DNA of 62,909 bases, filler included, from Licmophora abbreviata (GCA_900291995.1; 15 parts of 15 records of this genome joined end to end with filler, not necessarily neighbours in it), one strand, 5' to 3'. Positions 32,226-43,176 are shown, counted from the first letter of the whole stretch. Notes: generated by a model not told the origin, from the sequence alone. A program made the numbers and translations.

Positions 32226-35009
32226 ATGTCCGATACCATCAAGTTCACGCTGAACGGCCGTGAGGTTGAAGCCGAAAAGGGCCAGACCATCTGGGACGTG
32301 GCCCATGGCCGTGGCCTGAAGATCCCGCATCTGTGCCACAAGCCTGCGCCGGGCTATAAACCCGATGGCAACTGCCGCGCCTGCATGGTCGAGGTCGAGG
32401 GCGAGCGCACGCTCGTCGCCTCGTGCATTCGCGAAGTGGCCGAGGGCATGGTGGTCAAGACCGACACCGCGCGCGCCGAGACATCGCGCAAGATGGTGAT
32501 GGAGCTTCTGCTGGCCGATCAGCCGGCGCAGGATGTCTCGCACGACAAGTCCTCGCATCTGTGGGACATGGCACGGCTCAACGGGGTCGAGACCAGCCGC
32601 TTTCCCAAGCTGGAAAAAGAGCGCATCCCGCTGCTGGATGACAGCCATGTGGCGATGCGCGTCAATCTGGACGCCTGCATCCAGTGCAACCTGTGTGTGC
32701 GCGCCTGCCGCGATGTGCAGGTCAATGACGTGATCGGCATGGCCGGGCGCGGGCATGACGCCTATCCGGTGTTCGATTTCGCCGATCCGATGGGGGAAAG
32801 CACCTGTGTGGCCTGCGGGGAATGTGTGCAGGCCTGCCCCACCGGCGCGCTGATGCCGGCCACGGTGCTGGACGACGCGCAGACCGGCGACAGCGCAGAT
32901 TACGACCGTGAGGTCGCAAGCATCTGTCCGTTCTGTGGCGTCGGCTGTCAGGTCAGCCTGAAGGTCAAGGACAACAAGGTCAAATATGTCGAGGGCCTCA
33001 ACGGCCCGGCCAATGAGGGGCGGCTGTGTGTCAAGGGGCGGTTCGGGTTCGACTATATCCATCACGATCACCGCCTGACCAAGCCGCTGATCCGACGCGA
33101 GGATGCGCCGCCCAAAGGCCTGAACGTCGATCCGGGCAATTGGCGCGCGTTTTTCCGCGAGGCCGAGTGGGACGAGGCGCTGGATATCGCGGCGGGCGGC
33201 ATGAAGCGGCTGAAGGACGATCACGGCGGTGCCGCGGTCGCGGGATTCGGCAGCGCCAAATGCACCAACGAAGAGGCCTATCTGTTCCAGAAGTTCATCC
33301 GGCAGGGCTTTGGCCATAACAACGTGGATCACTGCACGCGGCTGTGCCATGCCTCGTCGGTGGCGGCGTTGATCGAAAACGTGGGATCGGGGGCGGTGAC
33401 CGCCACCTTCAACGAGATCGAAAACGCCGATGTGGCGATCGTGATCGGCGCCAACCCGATCGAGAACCACCCGGTCGCGGCGACCTATTTCAAGCAGTTC
33501 ACCAAGCGTGGTGGCAAGCTGATTGTGATGGACCCGCGCGGTGTGGGCCTGCGCCGGTTTGCGACGCATATGCTGCAGTTCAAGCCGGGGGCCGATGTCT
33601 CGATGCTGAACGCGATCATGCATGTGATCGTGGAAGAAGGGCTGTATGACCAGCAATATATCGAGGCCTTCACCGAAAACTGGGAGGCCGAGAAAGCCCA
33701 TCTGGCGCAATTCCCGCCCGAGAAAATGGAAGTGCTCTGCGGCATTCCCGCCGAGACGCTGCGCGCCGTGGCCCGCGATTTCGCGACAGCCAAGGCAGGG
33801 ATGATCTTCTGGGGGATGGGGATCAGCCAGCATATCCACGGTACCGACAATTCGCGCTGCCTGATCTCGCTGGCGCTGATGTGCGGCCATGTGGGGCGGC
33901 CCGGCACCGGGCTGCATCCCTTGCGGGGACAGAACAACGTGCAGGGCGCGTCGGATGCGGGGCTGGTGCCGATGTTCCTGCCCGATTACCAGAGCGTGAC
34001 AGACGATGGCGTGCGGCGCGCCTTTACCGAGGTCTGGCAGTCGGGGGATTTCTCGAACGAGAAGGGCCTGACGGTGACCGAGATCATGGATGCGGTGCAT
34101 GACGGCAAGATCCGCGGCATGTATATCCTGGGCGAGAACCCGGCAATGTCGGACCCGGATGTGGAACATGCGCGTGACGCGCTGGCCAAGCTGGATCATC
34201 TGGTGGTGCAGGATATCTTCATCACCGAGACGGCGAATTACGCCGATGTGATCCTGCCGGCCTCGGCGTTCTACGAAAAGTCGGGCACGGTGACCAATAC
34301 CAACCGCCAGGTCCAGATGGGCCGCCCCGCCGCCACACCGCCGGGCGAGGCGCGCGAGGATTGGGCGATCACGGTGGCTCTGGCCAACCGGATGGGGCTT
34401 GCGTGGCACTATGACAGCCCCGCCGATGTCTTCGCCGAGATGAAGCAGAACATGCGCTCGCTCAACAACATCACCTGGGAACGGCTCGAGCGGGAGAACG
34501 CGGTCACCTATCCCTGTCACGATCCCGATGGTCCGGGTGAGGCGGTGGTGTTCGGCGACGGCTTCCCGCGCCCCGAAGGCCGGGCGCGCTTCACTCCGGC
34601 CAGCGTCATTCCCCCCGACGATCTGCCGGATGCGGAGTATCCGATGATCCTGACCACCGGGCGGCAACTCGAGCATTGGCATACCGGCTCGATGACACGC
34701 CGGGCCACGGTTCTGGATGCGGTGGAGCCCGAGGCCAATTGTTCGCTGCATCCCTCGACCTTGCGCCGCCTCGGCGTGGAGCCGGGCGGCTTGGTGCGGC
34801 TGACCACCAAGCGCGGTTCGGTCGAGGTGATGGCGCGGGCGGATCGGGCCGTGGCGCCCGACATGGTGTTCTTGCCCTTCGCCTATGTCGAGGCGGCGGC
34901 GAACATCCTGACCAACCCGGCGCTCGATCCCTATGGCAAGATCCCCGAGTTCAAATTCTCGGCGGTGCGGGTCGAAGCGGCAAACGAGGATGCTGTCGCC
35001 GCCGAATGA
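32226..35009 (+). CDS. fdhF: Mo/W-bisPGD formate dehydrogenase alpha subunit (FdsA/FdhF-like)
   Basis: N-terminal 2Fe-2S and 4Fe-4S motifs, CPFCGVGC, RLCH active site, LRGQNNVQG, KIPEFK. Confidence 0.92.
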   Translation: MSDTIKFTLNGREVEAEKGQTIWDVAHGRGLKIPHLCHKPAPGYKPDGNCRACMVEVEGERTLVASCIREVAEGMVVKTDTARAETSRKMVMELLLADQPAQDVSHDKSSHLWDMARLNGVETSRFPKLEKERIPLLDDSHVAMRVNLDACIQCNLCVRACRDVQVNDVIGMAGRGHDAYPVFDFADPMGESTCVACGECVQACPTGALMPATVLDDAQTGDSADYDREVASICPFCGVGCQVSLKVKDNKVKYVEGLNGPANEGRLCVKGRFGFDYIHHDHRLTKPLIRREDAPPKGLNVDPGNWRAFFREAEWDEALDIAAGGMKRLKDDHGGAAVAGFGSAKCTNEEAYLFQKFIRQGFGHNNVDHCTRLCHASSVAALIENVGSGAVTATFNEIENADVAIVIGANPIENHPVAATYFKQFTKRGGKLIVMDPRGVGLRRFATHMLQFKPGADVSMLNAIMHVIVEEGLYDQQYIEAFTENWEAEKAHLAQFPPEKMEVLCGIPAETLRAVARDFATAKAGMIFWGMGISQHIHGTDNSRCLISLALMCGHVGRPGTGLHPLRGQNNVQGASDAGLVPMFLPDYQSVTDDGVRRAFTEVWQSGDFSNEKGLTVTEIMDAVHDGKIRGMYILGENPAMSDPDVEHARDALAKLDHLVVQDIFITETANYADVILPASAFYEKSGTVTNTNRQVQMGRPAATPPGEAREDWAITVALANRMGLAWHYDSPADVFAEMKQNMRSLNNITWERLERENAVTYPCHDPDGPGEAVVFGDGFPRPEGRARFTPASVIPPDDLPDAEYPMILTTGRQLEHWHTGSMTRRATVLDAVEPEANCSLHPSTLRRLGVEPGGLVRLTTKRGSVEVMARADRAVAPDMVFLPFAYVEAAANILTNPALDPYGKIPEFKFSAVRVEAANEDAVAAE

Positions 35010-35030
35010 CGGCGCGTGGGGCGTCTGTCG

Positions 35031-35147
35031 GATGCCTCCGGCGGGGATATTTGAGGCCAGAAGAAACAGGGGCGTCCGCTGCGGCTTCTTCTGGCCGGAA
35101 ATATCCCGGGGGAGTCGCGGCGAAGACGCGACGGGGGCTGGCCCCCC
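35031..35147. repeat. Two REP-like elements in inverted orientation between convergent genes
   Basis: GGGATATTTGAGGCCAGAAGAAAC (35044-35067) is 23/24 identical to 1704-1727; the reverse complement of 35085-35147 reproduces the full 1666-1727 architecture. Confidence 0.8.
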
Positions 35148-35154
35148 GCCGTCC

Positions 35155-35455
35155 TCAGCCCCAGGTCACATCGTCCAGAAAAATATAGCCGGCGCCGTAG
35201 ATCGTCTTGATCAGTCGCGGGTTGCGGGGATCTTCGTGCAGCTTGGTGCGCAGCCGTGAGATGCGCACATCCATGGCCCGGTCGAAGCTGTCGCCGGCGG
35301 CGCCGCCAAGTGCCTCTTGCATCGCTTGTCGGGAAATCAGGCGTTTGGGGCGTTCGAGAAACAGGCGCAGCACTTCGCCCTCGGCATGGGAGAAGGGGGT
35401 TTCGCGGCCCGCATCGTCTTCGAGGACGTAGCGACCGAAATGCGCGATCCAGCCA
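35155..35455 (-). CDS. OmpR-family response regulator, C-terminal part
   Basis: FDRAMDVRISRLRTKL...IKTIYGAGY winged helix. Confidence 0.88.
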
Positions 35456-35555
35456 NNNNNNNNNNNNNNNNNNNNNNNNNNNNNNNNNNNNNNNNNNNNT
35501 TAATTAATTAANNNNNNNNNNNNNNNNNNNNNNNNNNNNNNNNNNNNNNNNNNNN

Positions 35556-36277
35556 GCCTCGTCCAGACGTGGGCGGATGGCGGCATAGGCGCTGGGGCCA
35601 AGCGCCTCGTCGATCGGCAGGCCGATGATCTCGGAGCGGCTGCCGGGCATCACCGCGCTGAGGCGGCGATTGGAGTAGGTATAGCGGCGGTCCGGGCCGA
35701 CATGGGCGATATGGGCCGGCATCATTTCGGTGGTCAGGCGAGTGCGGGCCTCGGAGGCGGTCAACTGGCGTTTGGCCTCTTCCAGAGCGGTGATGGTGGC
35801 CGAAAGCTTGCGGTTGGCGGCGGAGAGATCCTCGGAATAGCTGAGCAGCTGGTCCGAGAGTTCCTCGGATCGGGTGCGCAGCAGGCGTTCCTGATGCTTG
35901 ATGCGCGTGATGTCGGTATAGACAGTGACCCATCCGCCTTGTGGCAGCGGTGTGCCTTCGACGCTGATGGTGGTGCCGTTGGCGCGGGTGCGCTCCATGT
36001 AATGCGGCTCGAAGGTGCGGGCCTGTTCGACACGGGTGAGCACGAATTCGGCGGTATCTCCGACATTGCCGTAATCGCCACGCTCGGCGAGAAAGCGGAT
36101 CGTGTCGGCGAAGGCGGCGCCGGGTGTCACGAGCCGGTCGGGCAGGTCGAACATTTCCTGCAGGCGTTGGTTGCACACCACCAGCCGCAGATCGGCGTCA
36201 TAGATCGACAGCGCCTGCTGGATCAGGTTCAGGCCGGCCATTGTCATGGCGTTGGTATCGGTGCGTGTCACTCTCAT
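35556..36277 (-). CDS. PAS-domain sensor (probably histidine kinase), N-terminal part
   Basis: PAS-like GGWVTVYTDIT, coiled coil, second PAS start; truncated by gap; upstream of a response regulator. Confidence 0.8.
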
Positions 36278-36475
36278 CGGGCGCCCTTTTGCCAATGGCT
36301 AGCACCGGAAAGGGCAGGGGCAAAGGTTGTTCGTGCGGTTGTTACAATTCGAAAGGATTGCGAAATGCTCACGAAAAAGTTGACCGCGAGCTTGAAATTC
36401 GCACCCTTTGGGATCGGAGGAATCGCCGGGACAAGGCGATCTGTTCGCAAGGCGGACATTCGGGAGGAGAAAAAT

Positions 36476-38536
36476 TTGGCACAGTCGTCACAGGCGGCGG
36501 AGGGGCTTGGGTCCATTCCGGCGCTGCTTCAACGTAACGCCAAACAGTTCGCGGACAGGTCTGCCTATCGCGAAAAGGAGTTCGGCATATGGCAATGCTG
36601 GACCTGGGCGGAGGCCGAGAAAGAGATCGAGGCGCTGGCGCTTGGCCTTTTGAATCTTGGCGTGAACGAGGGTGATTTCGTCGCGATTATCGGGCGCAAC
36701 CGGCCGCATTTCTATTGGTCGATGGTGGCGGCGCAATCGGTGGGGGCGATCCCTGTGCCACTCTATCAGGACGCGGCGGCCGAAGAGATGGCCTATGTGA
36801 TGGACCATTGCGGCGCGCGCTTTGCCATCGTTCAGGATCAGGAGCAGGTCGACAAGGTGATCGATGTGCAGGATCGGCTGACCCAGTTCGAGCATATGAT
36901 CTATGTTGATCNNNNNNNNNNNNNNNNNNNNNNNNNNNNNNNNNNNNNNNNNNNNTTAATTAATTAANNNNNNNNNNNNNNNNNNNNNNNNNNNNNNNNN
37001 NNNNNNNNNNNATACGATCATCACAAGCTGCATCAGTTCAGCCATGTGCAGGCGCAGGGCCGCGCGGCTCATGAAGAATTCATCACCGATCTGAAGGCCC
37101 GGCGCGAGAAGCTGGATTACGACAGTATCTGCGTGATGCTGTATACCAGCGGCACCACCGGCAAGCCCAAGGGCGTGGTGCTGTCCAACCGCAATATCAT
37201 CGAGGCGTCGCGCTCGTCTGCGGAGTTCGACAAGCTGAGCCGCGACGAAGAGGTGTTGGCCTATCTGCCGATGGCCTGGGTGGGGGATTTCATCTTTTCC
37301 ATCGGTCAGGCCTATTGGTGCGGGTTCTGCGTCAACTGTCCGGAATCGGCCGAGACCATGCAGACCGACCTGCGCGAGATCGGGCCGACCTATTATTTCG
37401 CGCCGCCGCGCGTGTTCGAGACGCAGCTGACCAATGTGATGATCCGCATGGAGGATGCCGGGCGGATCAAGAAATGGCTGTTCGACCGCTTCATGGCGCA
37501 TGCCCGCAAGGTCGGCCCGGCGATCCTTGACGGCAAGCCGGTCAGCGCATGGGACCGCATGACATATGGCTTGGGCAATGTGCTGATTTATGGGCCGCTC
37601 AAGGATACGCTTGGGTTTGGACGGGTGCGCGTGGGCTATACCGCGGGCGAGGCGATCGGGCCGGAAATCTTCGATTTCTACCGCAGTCTGGGGATCAACC
37701 TGAAGCAGCTTTACGGTCAGACCGAAGCCAGCGTGTTCATCACCCTGCAGCCGGATGGAGAGGTGCGCTCGGACACGGTGGGCGTTGCGGCGCCGGGTGT
37801 CGAGATTCGCATCGCGGAGAATGGAGAGGTCTATTACCGGGGGCCGGGCACGTTCGAGTATTACTACAAGAATGAGGAAAGCACCCGGAGCACCAAGGAT
37901 CCCGAGGGCTGGGTCGCCACGGGGGATGCCGGATTTTTCGAGGAAGGCTCGGGGCATCTGCGGATCATCGACCGCGCCAAGGATGTGGGCAAGATGGCCG
38001 ATGGCAAGATGTTCGCGCCCAAATATGTCGAGAACAAGCTGAAGTTCTTCCCCAACATCCTCGAGGCGGTGGTGTTCGGAAATGGCCGCAAGGAATGCGC
38101 GGCCTTCATCAATATCGACCTCAACGCGGTGGGCAACTGGGCCGAGCGGAACAATATCGGCTATGCCTCGTACCAAGAGCTGGCGGGCAATCCCAAGGTG
38201 CTGGAGATGATCCAGAGCCATGTCGAGGCGGTCAACCGCAGTCTGGCCGACGATCCGATGCTGGCGCATTGCCAGGTGCATCGCTTCCTTGTGCTGCACA
38301 AGGAGCTGGATGCCGATGACGGCGAGATGACCCGCACGCGCAAGGTGCGCCGGGGCGTGATCGGCGAGAAGTTCGAGGATCTTCTGGGCGCGCTCTATGA
38401 CGGTTCGAGCGAGATATTCACCACGACCGAAGTGACTTATGAGGACGGTCGCAAAGGATCGATCAGCGCCACGCTGCAGATCCGCGACGCGGCGGTGGTG
38501 CCGGTGGGCGACCACAGAAAGGTGGCGGCGGAATGA
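36476..38536 (+). CDS. Long-chain acyl-CoA synthetase (AMP-binding), spans gap 36912-37011
   Basis: YREKEFGIWQ, YTSGTTGKPKG, YGQTE, TGDAG, DRAKD. Confidence 0.9.
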
Positions 38537-39354
38537 AGGATATGGACACTCAGGGCTATACCACCGCGGATGGCCGCAAGATCGGCGGCGTGGTGATGGA
38601 GATGAAGAACATCACGCTGCGCTTCGGTGGTGTGATGGCGATCAGCAACATCTCGTTCGACATCCACGAAGGCGAGATCCGTGCGATCATCGGCCCCAAT
38701 GGCGCGGGCAAGTCCAGCATGCTCAACGTGATTTCGGGCTTCTACAATCCGCAGGAAGGCGAGGTGATCTACAAGGGTCAGAAGCGGCCTCCGATGAAGC
38801 CCTATCAGGTGGCCCGTCAGGGCATCGCCCGGACGTTTCAGAACATCGCGCTGTTCGAGGGCATGACCGTTCTGGACAACGTGATGACGGGCCGTATCCG
38901 GCAGATGAATGCGGGATTGCTGGCGCAGGCGATCTGGAAGGGCAAGGCCGAACGCGAAGAGACCGAGAACCGCGAGGCGGTGGAGAAGATCATCGACTTT
39001 CTTGAAATCCAGCACATCCGCAAGACGCCTGTTGGCCGTCTGCCCTATGGTCTGAAAAAGCGGGTCGAGCTGGCCCGTGCGCTGGCAGCGGAGCCGTCGA
39101 TCCTGCTGCTCGATGAGCCGATGGCCGGCATGAATGTCGAGGAAAAGGAAGACATGAGCCGCTTCATCCTGGACGTGAACGACGAGTTCGGCACCACGAT
39201 CGTTCTGATCGAGCATGACATGGGCGTCGTGATGGACCTGAGCGATCGGGTGGTCGTGATGGATTACGGCAAGAAGATCGGTGACGGCACGCCCGACGAG
39301 GTGCGCAACAATCAGGCGGTGATCGACGCCTATCTGGGGGTGGCCCATGACTGA
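38533..39354 (+). CDS. HAAT (Liv-type) ABC transporter ATP-binding protein (LivG-like)
   Basis: GPNGAGKS, LPYG, LLLDEP, IEHDM. Confidence 0.93.
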   Translation: MKDMDTQGYTTADGRKIGGVVMEMKNITLRFGGVMAISNISFDIHEGEIRAIIGPNGAGKSSMLNVISGFYNPQEGEVIYKGQKRPPMKPYQVARQGIARTFQNIALFEGMTVLDNVMTGRIRQMNAGLLAQAIWKGKAEREETENREAVEKIIDFLEIQHIRKTPVGRLPYGLKKRVELARALAAEPSILLLDEPMAGMNVEEKEDMSRFILDVNDEFGTTIVLIEHDMGVVMDLSDRVVVMDYGKKIGDGTPDEVRNNQAVIDAYLGVAHD

Positions 39355-39398
39355 GTTCGCAACATTCCGTGACGTTCGAGCAAAGGGAGGTCCGCGCC

Positions 39399-40385
39399 AT
39401 GCCTGAGCAGTTCATCTGGGGACTTGAGGTCTTGTTGAATGGTCTGATGGCCGGGGTTCTTTACGCGCTGGTCGCGCTTGGGTTCGTGTTGATCTACAAG
39501 GCCAGCGGCATCTTCAACTTCGCGCAGGGCGTGATGGCCCTTTTTGCGGCGTTGACGCTGGTGGGGATCATGGAAGGGCAGGTGCCGTTCGCGCATCTGA
39601 TCAATTCGATCTTCGGCACGGAAATCCACCATTTCGGCTGGCATGTGCCGGCGTTCCTCGCGATCCTGTTGACGATGGTGGTGATGGTGGCCTTGGCCTG
39701 GGCGGTCAACAAGATCGTGTTCAAGCACTTGGTCAACCAGGAGCCGATCATCCTGTTCATGGCAACCATCGGTCTGGCCTATTTCCTTGAAGGGTTCGGG
39801 GACATCATGTGGGGCAGCGACATCAAGAAGCTTGATGTGGGGCTGCCGCAGGGCATCAACAGCGTCATCGACGAGACGACCTATCAGATCTTCGGGTATG
39901 GTTTCTTCATCGACAACCTTGATCTGTTCGCCACCGCGATCGCCGCGGCGCTTGTCTTCACGCTGATCGTCTTTGCGCAATACACCAAGCAGGGCCGGGC
40001 CATGCGTGCGGTGGCCGATGACCATCAGGCGGCGCTGAGTGTCGGCATCAGCCTCAATTTCATCTGGGTGATGGTCTGGTCGCTGGCCGGGTTCGTGGCG
40101 CTGGTGGCCGGCATCATGTGGGGCACCAAATCGGGCGTGCAGTTCTCGCTGAGCCTGATTGCGCTCAAGGCGCTGCCGGTGCTGATGCTGGGCGGGTTCA
40201 CCTCGATCCCCGGTGCGATCGTGGGCGGGTTGCTGATCGGCATGGGCGAGAAGCTGTTCGAGTTCGCCATCGGGTCGGCCATCGGCGGCGCGACCGAAAA
40301 CTGGTTCGCCTATGTTCTGGCGCTTCTGTTCCTCGTCTTCAGGCCACAGGGCCTGTTCGGCGAGAAGATCATCGAGAGGGTGTAG
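39399..40385 (+). CDS. HAAT ABC transporter permease (LivH-like)
   Basis: ALGFVLIYKASGIFNFAQG, GRAMRAVA, RPQGLFG. Confidence 0.92.
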   Translation: MPEQFIWGLEVLLNGLMAGVLYALVALGFVLIYKASGIFNFAQGVMALFAALTLVGIMEGQVPFAHLINSIFGTEIHHFGWHVPAFLAILLTMVVMVALAWAVNKIVFKHLVNQEPIILFMATIGLAYFLEGFGDIMWGSDIKKLDVGLPQGINSVIDETTYQIFGYGFFIDNLDLFATAIAAALVFTLIVFAQYTKQGRAMRAVADDHQAALSVGISLNFIWVMVWSLAGFVALVAGIMWGTKSGVQFSLSLIALKALPVLMLGGFTSIPGAIVGGLLIGMGEKLFEFAIGSAIGGATENWFAYVLALLFLVFRPQGLFGEKIIERV

Positions 40386-40387
40386 CC

Positions 40388-40642
40388 ATGCACAAAGCGA
40401 TCGCCATTGCCAATGTCATCGCGTGGTCAGGCTTCTGGGCCTTCGGCTATCTGGCGCTGACTGCCGGCACGAACCAACCGGGCCAGATGGTCACCGCCGC
40501 AATCCTTGCGGGTCTTGGCGGAGCCGTGGGGCTGCTGGCCTTTCTGTGGCTCGCACGCCATGCCGAAGCCACCGGCTATGCCAAGCCCGCCAACCGCGCG
40601 GACAAGCGCGACGATGATGAAATTCACGGGGAGGTTCTCTAA
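40388..40642 (+). CDS. Small two-TM hypothetical membrane protein
   Basis: 84 aa, two hydrophobic helices, tightly packed between the permeases (TAATG overlap). Confidence 0.7.
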   Translation: MHKAIAIANVIAWSGFWAFGYLALTAGTNQPGQMVTAAILAGLGGAVGLLAFLWLARHAEATGYAKPANRADKRDDDEIHGEVL

Positions 40643-41718
40643 TGTTCTATCGTGAGGCGGGGGATTTCAAAACCTCCTACAAGGACGACAGCCAGACCTT
40701 TCCGATCAAGTTCGACAGGATGCGCTATTACCTGGTGCTGATCGCGGCCTTCGCGGTGGTGCCTTTCGTCATCAACGATTATTGGGTCAACGCGGTGTTC
40801 CTGCCGTTCCTGATCTATTCGATCGCGGCGATCGGACTGAACATCCTTGTGGGATATTGCGGTCAGGTCAGTCTGGGCACCGGTGGTTTCATGGCGGTGG
40901 GGGCTTACGCCTGCTACAAGCTGATGACCGGCTTTCCCGAGGTCAGCATCCTGATCCACATCATTTTTTCAGGGGGCGTCACGGCGGGTGTCTGCCTGCT
41001 GTTCGGGCTGCCGTCGTTGCGGATCAAGGGCTTTTACCTGGCGGTGGCGACACTGGCGGCGCAGTTCTTCCTGGTGTGGATGTTCAACCGGGTATCATGG
41101 TTCTACAACTATTCGGCCTCGGGGCAGATCACGGCGCCCGAAACGCAGGTTCTGGGCGTGGCGGTGACGGGTCCGCAGACCGAGCCATGGGCGGCTTACC
41201 TGTTCTGTCTGGTGTTCTGCGTGGCCTGTGCGCTGCTGGCGCGGAACCTGACTCGGGGCATGGCGGGGCGCAAATGGATGGCGATCCGAGACATGGATAT
41301 CGCCGCCGAGATCATCGGGGTCAATCCGCTGAAAGCCAAGTTGAGCGCCTTTGCCATCTCGGGGTTTTTCGTCGGCATCGCGGGGGCGCTGTTCTTTGCG
41401 GTCTATCTTGGCGCGGTCGAGGTGGGCGAAGCCTTTGGCATCCAGAAATCGTTTCTGGTGCTGTTCATGGTGATTATCGGGGGGCTTGGCTCGATCTTCG
41501 GAAGCTTTGCCGGGGCGGCGTTTCTGGTGCTGCTGCCGGTTCTGCTGAAGAACACGCTGGTGGGCGGTCTGGGCTGGCCCACCGATCTGGCGGCACATCT
41601 GGAATTCATGATCGTGGGCGGGTTGATCGTGCTTTTCCTGATCGCCGAACCGCATGGCCTTGCGCAGCTCTGGCGCGTGGCCAAGGAAAAACTGAGGCTT
41701 TGGCCCTTCCCGCATTAG
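40642..41718 (+). CDS. HAAT ABC transporter permease (LivM-like)
   Basis: GLNILVGYCGQVSLG, LRIKGFYLAVATLA, WMAIRD. Confidence 0.92.
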   Translation: MFYREAGDFKTSYKDDSQTFPIKFDRMRYYLVLIAAFAVVPFVINDYWVNAVFLPFLIYSIAAIGLNILVGYCGQVSLGTGGFMAVGAYACYKLMTGFPEVSILIHIIFSGGVTAGVCLLFGLPSLRIKGFYLAVATLAAQFFLVWMFNRVSWFYNYSASGQITAPETQVLGVAVTGPQTEPWAAYLFCLVFCVACALLARNLTRGMAGRKWMAIRDMDIAAEIIGVNPLKAKLSAFAISGFFVGIAGALFFAVYLGAVEVGEAFGIQKSFLVLFMVIIGGLGSIFGSFAGAAFLVLLPVLLKNTLVGGLGWPTDLAAHLEFMIVGGLIVLFLIAEPHGLAQLWRVAKEKLRLWPFPH

Positions 41719-41802
41719 GGTGGGGTGCGAGGAGGAAAGATCGTGGGCTTCAACCCGCGGCCTGACATGCATCGGAACAACACCAAGGGAGGACATGAAC
41801 CG

Positions 41803-43086
41803 ATGAAGATGAAACTTTTTGGCGCAGCCATGGCGGCCGTGATGGCGGCTGGCCCGGCTCTGGCGGATTTGAAAGTTGTCGATACCAGCTATCGGACCGG
41901 CCCCTATGCCGCGAACGGCATTCCGTTCTCGGATGGCTACCAGGATTACTTCACCCTGCTGAACGAGCGCGATGGCGGTATCGGCGGCGAGATGGTCAAT
42001 CTCGTCGAGTGCGAAACCGGCTACAACACCGAGAAGGGGGTCGAATGCTATGAGGCCACCAAGGGTGACGACTCGCTTGTCTATCAGCCGCTGTCGACAG
42101 GTATCACCTATCAGCTGATCCCCAAGGCCACGGCTGACGGTATCCCGCTTCATACGATGGGATATGGTCGGACCTCGGCCAAGAACGGCAAGGTGTTCGA
42201 ATGGGTGTTCAACTATCCTGCGAACTACTGGGACGGCGCCAGCCACGCGGTCACCCATATTCTGAACGAGAATAACGGGGATATCAGCGGCAAGACCATC
42301 GCGCTGGTCTATCACAACTCGGCCTATGGCAAGGAGCCGATCCGCACGCTGGAGGAGCTGAGCAAGAAGCACGGCTTCAACCTGACCCTGCTGCCGGTGG
42401 ATCACCCCGGTCAGGAGCAGAAATCCCAGTGGCTGCAGATCCGCCGCGAACAGCCCGACAACGTGATCATGTGGGGCTGGGGCGTGATGAACCAGGTGGC
42501 GATCCAGGAAGCGGTGAACATCCGCTATCCGATGGAGAATTTCATCGGGATCTGGTGGTCCGGTTCGGAAAACGACGTGAAAGCGGCGGGCGATCGGGCC
42601 AATGGCTACAAGGCGTTGACCTTCCACAACCTCGGCTCGAATTATCCGATCTATGCAGACATCCAGAAATACGTGGTGGATGCGGGCAAGGCCGCGGGTG
42701 CGGGCGATCAGGTCGGCACGGTGCTGTATAACCGGGGCATGTATGCCGCGATGCTGGCCGCCGAGGCGATCAAGACCGCACAGGAAATCCATGGCACATC
42801 CGCGATCACACCCGCGATGATGCGGGACGGCATGGAGAACCTGTCGATCACCGAAGAGAAGATGACCGCGCTTGGCCTGCCGAACTTCGGCCCCGAATTC
42901 GAGGTGAGCTGCGAAAACCACGGCGGTAACGGCTTTGGCGCCGTGTCGCAGTGGAACGCGGAAGCCGGCGAATTCGTGCTGATCACCGACTACTACCAGT
43001 CCGATCAGGAGGTCATCCAGGCGCTTGTCGCCGAGGATTCGCAGGCCTTTGCCGCCGAGAACGGCATCGAGATGCGCTGCCAGTAA
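41803..43086 (+). CDS. HAAT ABC transporter substrate-binding protein
   Basis: Signal peptide, YRTGPYA, ECETGY, HNSAYGKEP. Confidence 0.9.
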   Translation: MKMKLFGAAMAAVMAAGPALADLKVVDTSYRTGPYAANGIPFSDGYQDYFTLLNERDGGIGGEMVNLVECETGYNTEKGVECYEATKGDDSLVYQPLSTGITYQLIPKATADGIPLHTMGYGRTSAKNGKVFEWVFNYPANYWDGASHAVTHILNENNGDISGKTIALVYHNSAYGKEPIRTLEELSKKHGFNLTLLPVDHPGQEQKSQWLQIRREQPDNVIMWGWGVMNQVAIQEAVNIRYPMENFIGIWWSGSENDVKAAGDRANGYKALTFHNLGSNYPIYADIQKYVVDAGKAAGAGDQVGTVLYNRGMYAAMLAAEAIKTAQEIHGTSAITPAMMRDGMENLSITEEKMTALGLPNFGPEFEVSCENHGGNGFGAVSQWNAEAGEFVLITDYYQSDQEVIQALVAEDSQAFAAENGIEMRCQ

Positions 43087-43176
43087 GGCAGACGCCACAT
43101 GACACGGGGCGCGGCGGCGAGATCGCCGCGCCTGACCCCCGAGTTTCATTGGGGCTTCATCCTTGGCCCAAAGGGC

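Noticed and set aside
29595..35009. GcvT-like gene plus formate dehydrogenase as one C1 operon
   Set aside because: Separated by an assembly gap of unknown size and by opposite-strand genes; linkage unproven
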